From an uncultured Campylobacterales bacterium (GTDB taxonomy: Bacteria > Campylobacterota > Campylobacteria > Campylobacterales > Arcobacteraceae), in NCBI GenBank assembly GCA_947494995.1, contig CANLWY010000009.1:15945-79944 (forward strand): a DNA stretch of 64,000 nt, given 5' to 3'. Position numbers and translations under genes: made by a program. This document shows, in pieces, positions 36,281-51,200 of this stretch (the stretch's first letter is position 1; each line of letters starts with the position of its first letter). The notes beneath the pieces are model-generated. The model did no database searches and had not been told where the DNA came from. It was given only the letters and a program-made list of their open reading frames with translations.

Positions 36281-39200
36281 ATGGCAACTGATAATAAATA
36301 TGTAAAGTATCAAAACAAAAGTGTTAAGATTATAGATAAACCACAAATTGATGAAAATATTTCAGTTTATGTAAGACCTGGGGATTTAGTAGATTTTAAA
36401 ATACCAGGAATTAATCTTGAAGATTTAGAATATGAACTTGTAGGTGGTGATATTGTAATTGAAATACCTGACTATGGAACTTTTACTTTTGTATCAATGG
36501 CCTTAATGGGATATAATGATACTCCCCCTAGGTTTGCAAGTAGTTCTGGAAAACAATTAACGCTTAGTGATATTTTATCTGAAGTTGAAGAGATCAATTC
36601 GTTGCCTATTGACTCTTTAGTTTCAAATGCCGAAATTAACATTCCTGATAATACAGCACGAGATAATCAAGAAGGGGATGCAACTGAAAACAATGCTGAG
36701 TCTACTCCTGTAGTAATTGTTCAAGAAGTTGAAGTTGCTCCTGACGAAAACCCTGATGTAGAAGAAACACCAGCAGAATTTGAAATTCCTCCTGTTGAAG
36801 CTCCTGAAGTAATTGAAAATTTAAATACAAGTACGGATGATTCATCAGATTCTAATTCGAAAACAGAAGAATCAATAACAGAAGGTGCAACACCTACTTT
36901 AAATTTTGATATAAATGTACAACATGTTGACTTAACAGATAGTACTACAAGTTCAAAGTTAACTGTTGAAGGTGGAGGTGGTGTCTCTTATGATAATATT
37001 TATCCTGATACAAATGATACTGCTGATAGAGCTTCAATTATCAAGCAAACAGATGCAGAGATTATCGATTATTCTAATATTTCTAATGTTCAAGCAAGTA
37101 GTGTTGTAATAAATGCTGATAGTAGTGATTATTTTTCTTCAGATATTGTTTCAAGAACAATTATTTTAAATCCAGAACAGCCAGAGGGATATGCAATTGA
37201 AAAAATCACTTTGAGTTCTTCTCATGATATTGATGGTTTTGTTGCAGCTTATGGTACTGTAGTAAATCAACAATGGGTTGTGCAAAAAGACAACCCTGAT
37301 ACAGAAGAGATTGATGGATTTACTTATGATTCAACAGGAAATATTCAAGTATCATTCTCTTTAAATAGAACTCAAACAAACCCAAATTTTGAAGTAAATG
37401 TTGAAGCTGAATCGGTTTTTAATATATTAAATGTTTCTGAAGAAAATAGAGCAACTATAGAAGTTCCAGTGGAAACTACACTTACATATGAAAAAGCTTA
37501 TGGAGTAAATATCAAAGAGGTTGAAAATATTAATGACCCTGATGAATACTTTTTTGAATCTTTTACAAACTCAATTGGAGAGGTTGTTGATTCAGGATTT
37601 GTAATAACTACAAATATCAATGACAATATAATTTATGGTTCTAAGGAAGTAGAAAATACAATTAATGGTGGCCTTGCAAACGACACAATTACAACTGGTA
37701 TTGCCAATGACACTATATTAGCAAATGAAGGTAATGATACTATTGTTTCAGGTTTAGGTGATGACTTAGTAGATGGTGGAGAAGGAAATGATACTTTAGA
37801 TTTCTCTTCTATTGATAATCAGAACAATATAGGAATTGATGCAAACTTAATTAATGGAACAGTAGAAGGAGATGGTTTAGATACTATTTCTAATATTGAA
37901 AATATTACAGGTACACAAGATAACGATATATTAACTGGTAATTCTGAGGTTAATATCTTAAAAGGTGAAAATGGAGTAGATACTCTGTTTGGTAATGAAG
38001 GAGATGACACTTTAGAAGGTGGAGCCCAAGATGACACTTTAGAAGGTGGTTTAGGGGAAGATGTTCTAAAAGGTGATTCTGGAAATGATACGGTAAGTTA
38101 TGAAAGAGCAAATGGTTCTGTAACTGTAAATTTAGAAGATGATGCAAATAGTCCAGGACTTGGAAGCGCAAGTGGAGCAGATGGAGTAGATACTCTATCG
38201 GATTTTGAAAATATTATCGGTTCAAACTATGATGATACAATCAATGGAGATGGTTCTGCAAATATTTTAACAACACTAGATGGAAATGATTATATAACAG
38301 GTGGTACAGGAAACGATACTATTGATGGTGGAGATGGTATTGATACTATTGATTTTAGTGCTTCAGGTTCTACTCAAGAGGTTGATTTATCTATAAATAG
38401 AGCAAAAGGTGGAGAAGGTACTGATAGATTATTTAATATTGAAAATGTAATAGGTACAAGTTTTGATGATGAAATAATTGGTGATGATAAAAGTAATCTT
38501 CTTAATGGTGGTGAAGGAGATGATACTATAGATGGTGGTCTTGGAAATGATACTCTTTTAGGTGGAATAGATGATGACATTTTAAGTGGTGGATTAGGTG
38601 ATGATACTATAGATGGTGGTCTAGGTGAAGATTATGCTGATTATAGTAGCGTTACAAGTAATACTCAAAAGGGTGTAGAGGTATCTTTACTTGAAACTAC
38701 TGCACAAGATACAGTAAATGCTGGAAATGATTTGCTTATTGATATTGAAAATTTAATTGGTTCTGCTTTTAATGATACTCTAATTGGAGATGCAAATAAT
38801 AACTCTATTTTGTCTGGAACAGGAAACGATACAATTATTTCAGGGGGAAGTGCAACTTCTGGAAATGATTATGTTGATGGGGGAAGTGGTGATGATTTAC
38901 TAAGCTTCTCAACTTCAGCGGAAGTTATCAATGTTGATTTAGGCATTAGTGACGTACAGACTACAGGAAATGGTGATATTCAAATACGAAATATTGAGGA
39001 TTTAGAGGGTGGTTCAAATAATGATACTCTTTTAGGTAACTCAAGTAGCAATGAATTGTATGGACTTGCTGGAAATGATTTCTTAGATGGAAAAGAAGGA
39101 AATGATACTCTCTTTGGTGGCTTAGGAAATGATAAGTTAGATGGAGGAATTGGTGTAGACTCTATCTTTGGTGAAGATGGAGATGATGTTTTAATTGGTG

Positions 39201-42200
39201 GACTTGGAAATGACATCTTAGATGGTGGAACTGATATAAATGGAGATACTGTTGATTATGAAGAATCAGATGATGCGGTTATATTAACTCTTGCAGAAAC
39301 AAATAATGATGCTTCTGCTTTTGTTGGAGTAGAAGTTGATACTATAAGAAATATAGAGAATATTGAAGGTTCAAGATATAACGATACTCTAGGTGGTAAT
39401 AGTGATAACAATACATTAGATGGAAATCAAGGAAATGATACCTTAATAGCAAGTGATGGAAATGACTTATTAATTGGTGGTGAAGGAAATGACACGATTG
39501 ATTATAGTGCTAGAAATAATAGTATTGAGCTTACTTTAAGTGATAGTAATCAAGCGGATTTATTTGAAAATGGTATTGCCAAAGATAAGATTTATAGAGT
39601 TGAAAATGTAATAGGTTCTACTAACGATGATGCTATTACAGGTAATAGTGATGATAATATATTAAAAGGACAAGAGGGTAATGATACTCTATTAGGAGCT
39701 CTTGGAAATGATACTTTAGAAGGTAATCAAGGAGATGATGTTCTTAATGGAGAAGAAGGAGATGATACTTTATTAGGTGGATTAGATAACGATACTTTAA
39801 TAAGTGGTGCTGGAAATGACCTATTTGATGGTGGAACAGGGGTTGATACTATAGATTTCTCATCTGCAACTATTACTGGTGTAAATGTAGATTTAAGTAG
39901 TTCTGGTATTCAAGAAGTTAGTGGCACTGAAGGTTATGATAGGATTTTAAATATTGAAAATATTATAGGTTCCACTTTTGCAGATACTTTAGTTGGAAAT
40001 GCTGAAGATAATATCATTGATTCAGGAATAGGTAATGATATTTTAAAAGGAAAAGCTGGAAATGATGAACTAATTGCTGGTTTAGGAAATGATACCTTAG
40101 AAGGTGGTGCAGGAGATGATATTCTTAATGGTGGAGATGGTTTAGATACTGCTGATTTCTCAGAAGCTACTCAAAGCGTAAATATTGATTTAAGTGCTAC
40201 AGGAAGTGTTGATATTGGTGCAGGTTTAGGTCAAGATACTTTTATCTCTATTGAAGGTGCAATTGGTGGTGCATATGATGATACAATAGTTGGTACTAAT
40301 GGTGCAAATAATATTGTAGGTGGTGATGGAAATGATACTTTAATCAGTATGGGTGTTGATGATATTACAAATGGTAATGTTGACACTATAGATGGAGGAA
40401 ATGGAACTGATTTAATTAGTTTTGGTTTTACTTCAGATGATATTGCTTTAGACCTTTCAAATAGTGCAGAACAAGCTACTGGTGGTGCTGGTAGAATAAT
40501 TGTTAGCAATGTAGAAAATATTGATGGAAGTTTTGGAAATGATACTTTAACTGGAAATGATGAAGATAATACGCTTAAAGGTGGTTTTGGTTCAGATACT
40601 TTAGTTGGTACAGAAGGAAACGATACTTTAGATGGGGGTAAAAACTCTGATTCTCATAGAATTAGTATCAATGGAGCAAGTTCTGCTTCAATATATACAA
40701 TTATTATAGGAGCTATTACTCTATCTACAGCAGCGGCAGCAGATGATGTAATGCTAGATGATATTGTTAGTCAATTTAATGCTCAAAATAGTGATGGAAG
40801 TTTAGGCGTAATGCTAAGAGATGGAAATGAGTTATTACTTCAAACTACTCAAACTGTAACATTACCAAATGGCGACTTTATTGATACTCCTTCTACTTTT
40901 ATTGATACAGTTGATTATTCTTCTTTTTCAACAGAATCAGTAGATGTAGATATGATAGCGGGAACTGTCGATGTTTCAGATGGTTCACAAGATAGAATTA
41001 TTGATATAGAAAGAGTAGTTGGATCTCAAACAGATGATAATATTGTAGGTGATACAAATAATAATATCTTAGAAGGTCAAGCAGGGAATGATATTATTAG
41101 TGGTGGAGAAGGAAATGACACTATTTTAGGAGAAGATGGAAGCGATACTTTATATGGTGGGGCTGGAAATGATTCTATAAGTGGTGGAAATGATAATGAT
41201 ATTTTATTTGGAGAAGCAGGGGATGATTCTCTTTCTGGGGGATTAGGTAAGGATACACTTTCAGGCGGTGCAGGAGATGATATTGTTGAAGGTGGGAGTA
41301 ATGATGATACTATTATTGCTTCTTTTCAGGATAGTGCAGAAGATGCAGATAATATAAACGATACCATAGATGCAGGAGAGTTAGGTGAAACTATAGGTGA
41401 TACAATTGACTATAGTGGAACAGACTTTACAAATCATAAGATAACAGCAGATTTAACAGCAGGAACAATTGCAGTTGATGGTGGAGATAGTGACCTTGTG
41501 TCAAATGTAGAGAATATTATAGGTACAGATTATAATGATTCTAACAATACAACAATAGAAGATATTATTACAGGTACAAGTGAAGCAAATATCATAGATG
41601 GAAAAGCTGGGGATGACTCACTTTTAGGTGAGCAAGGTAATGATACAATTTATGGTGGTGCAGGATATGACACAATTTTGGGTGCAGATGATTCTGATTC
41701 ATTATATGGAAACTCAGGAAACGACTATTTAGATGGTGGTTCTGGTGATGATTATATTGATGGTGGACTAAATAATGATACTTTAAAAGGTGGTTCAGGT
41801 ACTAATATCTTAGTAGGTGGAAATGGAGTTGATACAGTAGATTATAGTGGTTCAAAAGCAATAGATGTTGATTTATCTTTATCTTCATCTCAAAATGTAT
41901 TTAAAGATAATACAGCAAATGATAGTATCAGTGAAATTGAGAATGTAATAGGTTCTGATTTATCTGATACAATAAAAGGTAATAACCAAAATAACTCACT
42001 ATTTGGTGGGGCTGAAGATGATACTTTATATGCTAGTGAAGGTGATGATACTTTAGATGGTGGAACCAATGGAATAAATGGGGATACGGCTGATTACTCA
42101 AATCAAGCGCAAAATATAGTTCTTACAACAGCATCTGGGACAAGAGATTATTCTGTTACAAAAAATAGTGGAACGGATAGTTTAATTGATATTGAAAATA

Positions 42201-45200
42201 TAAGAGGTTCAAATCTTGATGATACTATGATAGGGGATAGCCTAAATGATACTTTTCATGGTGGAGAAGGAAATGATTTACTTAGAGGAAATGCAGGAGA
42301 AGATACTCTTTATGGTGAAGGTGATAATGACACTATAGATGGTGGAGCTGATAATGACTTATTATTAGGTGGAAGTGGAAATGATACTTTTATATCTTCA
42401 ATAGCTGATGGAAGTGATATTATAGATGGAGGAGATGACCTAGATACTATTGATTATAGTGCTGAGACTAACAGTATTGATGTTACTTTAAATGGAAGTA
42501 GTGATACTTTTGTAAACATTAATTCAACTCCAAATGATCAAATTAAAAACGTAGAAAATATTATATCAGGTAGTGCAAACGATACTTTAATAGGTGACTC
42601 TTTAGATAATACATTTATTGCAAATGCAGGGAATGATACTCTAAGTGGAGCAGGTGGAAATGACTATTTAGATGGAGGAAATGAAGCAGATTCTTCAAGA
42701 GGAAGTGACTGGGTTGATTATTCAACTGCTACTTCAACAGGAATTACAGTAGATTTAAATAAAACAAATGCTCAAACTATTAGTGCTACAGAAGGTAATG
42801 ATACTTTAGTAAATATTGAAAATGTTAAAGGTTCAATTTTTGATGATACTTTAATAGGAGATGATGGGGATAATACTCTTGAAGGTGGAGAAGGTGATGA
42901 CACTTTAAAAGGAAACGCAGGGGATGATTCTTTTATAGGTGGAAATGGTCTTGATACTGTTGATTATAGTGATGTTACTCAAAAACTTGTAATTGATATG
43001 GCATCTTTACCTACAACTGAAATTGCACCTGGGCAAGGAATTGATACATATGATTCAATTGAAGGTATTATTGGTGGAACAAATGATGATACTTTAACTG
43101 GAACTGCTGATGCAAATGTATTAGCAGGTTCAGCAGGAAATGATACTCTAACAGGAAATGGTGGAGATGATACTTTAGATGGAGGAGAAGGAACAGAAGA
43201 TTTAGTTAATTTCTCTTATAGTTCAAATGATATTGTCTTAGACCTTTCTTTAGGGGATGCAGTTCAATCTACAACTGAAGGTAATTTAATAGTTAAAAAC
43301 ATTGAAAATATCCAAGGTGGTAGTGGAAATGATATTTTAACTGGAAATAGTGAAGAGAATACTATCTCAGGTGGTTTAGGAAATGATACTCTATTTGGAA
43401 AATCAAATAATAACCTTTTAGATGGTGAAGGTGGGATCGATACTGCTGATTACTCAGGGATCTCTACTAGTGTTGGAATAGATGCAAATATGAATACAGG
43501 TTTAGTTGAGTATAACTTAACTTCACAAGATACATTAGTAAATATTGAAAATATTAGAGGTACTAAAAATAGTGATACTATTGTAGGAAATACAAGCGAT
43601 AATGTAGTAAACATTTTTGAAGGTATGGGTGGTTCTGATGTGATTTCAGGAGGTTCTGGAAATGATACAATTTATGGGGCACAAAATGGTAATGATTTAT
43701 CAAGTACTGATTTAGCTGATACTCTTAGTGGTGGAGCTGGAGATGATGTAATCAATGGACAAACTGGAGATGATACTTTAAGTGGAGATAGTGGTGCAGA
43801 TACTCTAAATGGTGGAGAGGGAAGTGATACTGCTAATTATTCTTATTTAGATGCAGGTTCAAATGCAGTAACAGTAGATTTCACGACAAATACAGCAAAT
43901 GATTCTACTGATACTGATACTTTAAGTAGTATAGAAAATGCAATAGGTAGTACAAATAATGATAGTTTTATTATGGATTCTTCAACTACTACAGCTAATA
44001 GAATTGATGGTAGAACAGGTGTTGATACTTTAGATTATTCTGATTATATTAATTCAATTACAGTAAATTTGGATAATAATAATGATAATACTGATGGAGT
44101 AAATGGTACTGTTGTTTCAGGAGCAGATACTGATACTGTACTAAACATAGAGAATCTTACAGCTGGGACAAATGATGATATTATTACTGGGTCTTTTTTT
44201 GATAATTCACTATTTGGAAATACAGGAAATGATACTTTCTTTTCAAGTTCAGGAAATGATACTTTAAATGGTGGAACAAATACCGCAACAGGAGATACTG
44301 CTGATTATTCAAATGCTTCTTCAGGAATAGTAGTTTCGGGTGGAAATAGTGTAGATAAAACTACTGGAGGAACTGATACTCTAATTGATATTGAAAAAAT
44401 TGAAGGTACAAACTTCTTAGATATTATGACAGGTGGTTCATCTAGTGATATATTTTATGGAGGAGAAGGAAATGATACCTTAAGAGGTGAAGATGGAGCT
44501 GATACTTTATATGGGGATGAACACAATGATATTATAAGTGGTGGAGCTGACAATGATACTATTTATGGTGGAACTGGAACAGATACTGTTGATTATAGTA
44601 GTAGAAATGAGAGTATAACTCTTACTTTAAATTCAAGCTCTGGAACTGCTTCAATTGGTATATCAGGTGAAGAAGATACTTTATATGAAGTAGAAAATGT
44701 ATCAGGTTCTACTGTTGCAGATAATATTACTGGTGATGAAAATGCAAATGTTTTAGAAGGAAATGCAGGAGCAGATAACTTAAATGGTGGGGCTGGAGTT
44801 GATACTATTAGAGGTGGAGCCAATAATGATATTATAGATGGTGGAGCTGATGGAGACTATATTTATGGTGATAGTGGTGATGATACTATAAATGGAGCTG
44901 ATTTCTCAGGAGATATTATAGATGGTGGAGATAATACTTCTGTTGGTGATACAATTGATTATAGCTCTTTATCAAATGGTATAGAATTAACCTTGTCTGA
45001 ATCAAATTCAAGTGACTCAAATGTAACTGTAAATGGTATACCTGCAAATCATAAAATTATAAATATAGAGAATGTAATAGGTACAGGTTCTATAGATATA
45101 ATAACAGGAAATAGTGAGAATAATACTCTTCAAGGAAGAAATGGTGATGATACCCTAATTGGTGGTGATGGATTAGATTATTTATCTGGTGGAAATGATA

Positions 45201-48200
45201 ATGACTCTATTGAAGGTGGAGCTGGAAATGATACTCTGCATGGAGATGATGGTGACGATATACTTAAAGGTGGAGCGGGAGATGATTCACTTATAGGTGG
45301 AGCTGGAAATGATACTGCTGATTTCTCTGATGCAAATGCTAGTATTACAGTAGATTTAGCAAGTCCTGCACCTATAGGAGCTGGTCTTGGAAGTGATACT
45401 TTTGATTCTATAGAGGGTGTTATTGGAGGTATTTATGATGATGTACTTAGAGGTACAACAGGTCAAAATACACTAATTGGTGGAGCTGGGAATGATACTT
45501 TATATGGATTAGGTTCTTCTGGTGATGCGGATTTCTTAGATGGTGGAGCTGGTGATGAAGATTTTGTAAGTTTTGATTATGCTATTCCTGCTTCTGGGGG
45601 TGTTACTGTTGATTTAAGTAATACAAATGCCCAAAATACAGATGGTGACTTAACAGATGATTTAATCATAAGAAATATAGAAAATGTAGAAGGTGGAGCT
45701 GGTAATGATGTAATTACTGGTAATGCTTCTGATAATACAATAAATGCACTTGACGGAAATGATATTATTAATGGAAGTGGAGGAAGTGACACTATTGATG
45801 GTGGTGCTGATACTACTGGTGATACAGTTAACTACTCTTCTTTAGCTTCTGGAATTACAGTAAATGCTACGGGTGTAGGCTCATATACAGTTACAAAAAC
45901 AGATGGTATTGATACTCTTACAAATATAGAAAATATTACAGCCTCTGGACAAGATGACAGTTTAATTGGAGATGGTTCTAATAATACTTTTTATGGTGGA
46001 GCTGGAAATGATTATTTAGATGGTGCTGGTGGAGATGACTCTTTATATGGAGAAACTGGTAACGACACTATAAGAGGTGGAACTGGAAACGACCATATTG
46101 ATGGTGGAGATGACACAGATACTGTTGATTATAGTTATATTTTAGATGGTGATACTACACCAAATACTGGTGGAGTACAGTTAACTTTAAATGGTTCTAC
46201 TCAAACAAATGCAACTATTGATTCTGATAACAGTGGTACTTTTGGTGGTTCTGATGAGATAGATGAAATAGTAAATATAGAGAATGTTATAGGTTCTCAA
46301 AACAATGATAGTATAACAGGTGATTCAAATATAAATACTATTGTTGGTGAAGATGGTAATGATACATTAACTGGTGCGGGAGGTGCTGATAGACTTGAAG
46401 GTGGAACTGGAAATGATACTTTACAAGGTGATGCAGGAGCAGATAGTTTATATGGAAATGAGGGTAATGATACATTTATTCAAACTGCTACATTAAATGA
46501 TACAACAGGTGATATTATAAATGGTGGAGCTGATATTGATACAGTTGATTATAGTAATGTTGGTGCATATATAAATGTCAATTTAAATGATACAAACCCT
46601 GCAAATGTATACTTAAATGGAAGTATAACAGCTGATCACCAAGTTCAAAATGTAGAAAATATTACTGGTACTATTTTAAATGATACTATAGAGGGAAATG
46701 TTTTTGATAATGTTTTAGATGGACATGATGGAACAGGAGATACTATCTCTTATGAAAATACTAACTCTTCTGTAGTTGTAAATCTTGGAGGAGAATTAAC
46801 TACTCCTGATTTAAATTTAGACTCAACAACTGAAAGTACTATCTTAGCAAATAGTGGTACAGGAGCATTAGCAGGTACAGATACTTTATTAAACTTTGAA
46901 AATATTATAGGTACAGCAAATGCAGATACTCTTATTGGTAATTCAGGTGTAAATACTATAAATGGTGGAGCAGGAGATGACTTACTTCTTGGGGGTGCAG
47001 GAAGTGATAGTTTAATTGGAGGAATAGGTGAAGATACTGTATCTTATGCATTAGAAGCTTCAGTTGATGCTTCTATTAGAGATGCAAGAGGTGAAGTTGG
47101 AGTTGATACTGATCAATTCACAGGTATAGAGAATATTATAGGTTCTACTGGTGATGATATTATAGAAGGAGATTCTTCAAATAATACATTAATTGGTGGA
47201 GCAGGAGAAGATACTTTATCTTATGAAGATGCAAACTCTTCTGATAGTACAGGTGTAACTGTAACGCTATCAGATAGCGCAACACCTTACATAATTGATA
47301 CAATAAACGATGGAACTGACACAATAAGTGGATTTGAAAATATTTTAGGCTCAATTAAAAATGATATTTTATCTGGTAACAGTCAAGACAATACAATATC
47401 TGGTGCTACAGGTGATGATACACTTTCTGGAGGAGCAGGAGTTGATGAGTTAAATGGTGGTACTGGAAATGATACTTTTTTAATAAAAACTGCTGATATA
47501 GATAACTCAATTGATGTGATTAATGGTGATGGAAATACAGATACTTTAGATTATACAGGTATTGGAAACTCTCATTATATAAATGTAAACTTATCAACAA
47601 CTACAGCGCAGATTTTACAGAATGGTACAAATTCATTAGAAGATACAGATACTATAAATAATATAGAAAATGTTAATGGAAGTTCTTCAGGTGATATAAT
47701 AACTGGTGATAATATAGATAATGAATTAAATGGTATGGCAGGAGATGACCAGTTAAATGGTGCAGCAGGAGCAGATACTATAGATGGTGGTGCTGGAGCA
47801 GATACCATAGACGGTGGTGCAGGAGCAGATATCATAAATGGTGGAACTGAAGATGATATTATAGATGGTGGAGCTGATGCAGATATTCTTTCAGGAGAAG
47901 AGGGAGATGACACATTTATTCAAAGGGATGGTGAAACTACTGGAGATGTTATAAATGGAGCTTCTCATGCTACTTTAGGAGATACAGTTGATTATAGTAA
48001 TTTTAACTCTAGTTTAGAAATAAATCTAAATAATACTAATGATGTTAAGGTGAGTGGAGTTAATGATCATCAAATTGTAAATGTTGAAAATATCACAGGT
48101 TCAACTGTGGATGATATTATAACTGGAAATAATCAAGTTAATACTATTTTAGGTGGAGATGGTGATGATACTATAGACGGTGGGCTAGGAGCTGATTATT

Positions 48201-51200
48201 TAGATGGACAAGGTTCAACTGCTATAGGAAATAAATTAACTTATTCTTCTCTTGCACAATCAGTAAGAGTAGATTTAACTACAAATAGTGCAATCACAGA
48301 TTTAGATGCAGATGGTTTTACTTATGATGGAAGCGGAAATAACACAGATGTAGATGATGAACAAGATACTATCTTAAATTTCAAAACTGTAGAAGGTTCT
48401 ACAAATAATGACATTTTAATTGCTAGTAATAGCGGGAACTCTTTACTTGGAAATATTGGTAATGATACTTTAACAGGTGGAACAGCAGCTGATTATTTAG
48501 AAGGTGGAGCAAACCTTGATACATTTATTCTAGGAAATAATAATGGTATAAATGGTGCAGATACTATAGATGGAGGTACAGGAAGAGATACAGCTGATTA
48601 TAGTGGTATTACAGATACATCTAGAAGTATAAGCGTTGAACTTGAAGGTTCTGAAGTTAAAACTGTAACGATAAATGGTGCAGATAATGATACTTTAACA
48701 AATGTTGAAAATGTTATAGGTGGTTCAGGTAATGACAATATCATTGGAGATGGAGGTATAAATACTCTTGAAGGTGGTATTGGAAATGATTTCTTAGATG
48801 GTGCAGATGGGAAAGATGTTCTAAGAGGTGGAGATGGTATTGATAATATCCTTGGTGGAGATAAAGAGGATACTATATATGGTGATGCTGGAAATGATGA
48901 TCTAAAAGGAGAAAATGATGCTGATTCACTTTTTGGAGGAGCAGGTGATGATACTTTAGCAGGTGGTGAAGGGATTGACTACTTAGATGGTGGAACACAT
49001 GATAGTGTTGGAGATAGTATAGATTTCTCAACGGAAAGTGGAAAACTTGATATTAACCTAAGAGATGTAGATATAAATGGTTTTGCACAAGCCCAGCTTG
49101 ATAATGTAGGTGATGACTTCTTAAAAGATATAGAGAATATTAAAGCTACAAACCAAGATGATTATGTTGGTGGTAATGAATCAATCAATACAATTTTAGC
49201 TCTAAATGGTAATGATGTAATAGTTGGAGATGACGGAGCTGACCACTTAGAAGGTGGAGATGGTGATGATACATTTAAAGCTGGTGTAGATACAAATGGT
49301 GATAAAGTTCTAGAAGATGCAAATGATGGTGCCGATATCATAGATGGTGGCAATAACATTGACACAGTTGATTATTCGAATATTTCAAAATCTATTGATG
49401 TTACATTAAATGGTTCTACTGATACAACAGTTTCAATAGCAGACTATGACAATGATACTATTAGAAATATAGAAAATGTTATAGGTTCTAGTGTTAATGA
49501 TACAATCTCTGGTGATAGTGGAGTAAATACTCTTGATGGTAGTGCAGGAGATGATACTCTTTATGGTGCAGCAGGAAATGATACTTTAATTGGCGGAACT
49601 GGTGTTGATACAGCAGATTATACAAATGCAGGTGGATTAGTAATTGCAGATTTAAGTGTAGCAAATGCTGAGGTAAGTGCAGATGGGGATGGTTCTAGTG
49701 ATAATTTAATTGATATTGAAAAAATTATTGGTTCTTCTTATGGGGATACTTTAGATGGTTTTGATAATGCAGATACTCTTTATGGTGGAGCTGGAAGTGA
49801 TACTATTTCAGGTGAAAAAGGTGCTGATGATTTAAGAGGTTATGGACTAAGTTCAGGAAGTGATTCTGATATTGATACTGTTTCATATGCTTATGTAGCT
49901 AGTGCAGATGAGGTAAATGTAGATTTAGCTGCTGGAACAGCAATTGTAAATGTTTCAGGAGATACTACAGATAGTGATACTTTAAGTGGTTTTGAAAATG
50001 TTATAGGTGGAGCAGGAGATGATACTATAGGAGGTTCATCTATTGCAAATGTTATAAAAGCTGGAAGTGGAAATGATACTATAACTGGGCAAGAAGGTGA
50101 TGATGATCTTCAAGGTGAAGCTGGAAATGATACTTTTATTGCTACTGGGGTAAATGATGGAATTGATTCTATAGATGGTGGAGGAGATTCAGATACAGTT
50201 GACTATTCAATTCTAGGAGTAGGTAATGAGATTACTCTTACTCTTGCAGAAACGGGAAATACAAATCAAATCACAATTGCTGGAAGCGGTGATGCTGATA
50301 ATATAAAAGATGTTGAAAATGTAATAGCTTCGCAAGGTATTGATACTATTACTGGTAATAGTGGCGTGAATACTATTTATGGACAAGATGGAAATGATAT
50401 AGTTGATGGTAAAGCAGGAAATGACTCTTTATTTGGAGAAGAGGGAGATGATACTTTAAAAGGTGGATTAGGTGATGACTATATTCATGGTGGAAATAAT
50501 ACAGCTATTGGTGATACAGTAGATTATTCTGATGCAAGCTCTAGTGTAAATATAGATATGTCAGGTAGCTCTGTAAATGTAGGTGCAGGACTTGGAACAG
50601 ATACTTTAGTTGATATTGAAAATGCTTTAGGTTCTGATTATGATGATACTTTTGTTACAGATGAAACTTCAAATAATAGATTTTATGGTGGAAATCATCA
50701 AACAGTAGGTGATACTGTTGATTACTCTTCAAGACTAACAGATGCAAATGATAAGATTGTTGCAGATTTAACTAGTGGAAATGTAGATGTTTATAATGAT
50801 GGAACTACAACTATAGATGCAACAGATACTTTATATGATATAGAAAATATTACAGCTTCAAGTGGTGATGATACTATTGATGGAGATTCAAATGTAAATA
50901 CTATTTTTGGATTATCAGGAAATGATACCATTTTAGGTGGAGCTGGAAATGATTATCTTGATGCAGGAATAGGTTTAGATGATAGAGTAGATTACTCATA
51001 TAGTGGAACAACTCCTGTTACAATTAACCTTCAAAATGGAACTGGTGTTGTAAGTGGAAGTGATAGTGACACTTTAGTTGGCTTTGAAAATGTAACTGGT
51101 ACAGATGGTAATGATACAATTATTCTAAAAACAGATTCTGGAAATCGTGAACTTATTGAAAATGAGATAGATGGAGGTACTGGAACATCTGATACTGTAA

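Noticed and set aside
40715-40745. The STAAAADD stretch as a LapG-type di-alanine processing site of a LapA-like adhesin.
   Set aside because: LapG sites lie in the N-terminal retention module, roughly the first 100-150 residues. This stretch is near residue 1480. No lapG/lapD-like genes are in the window and the motif context (TAAG) is not matched.
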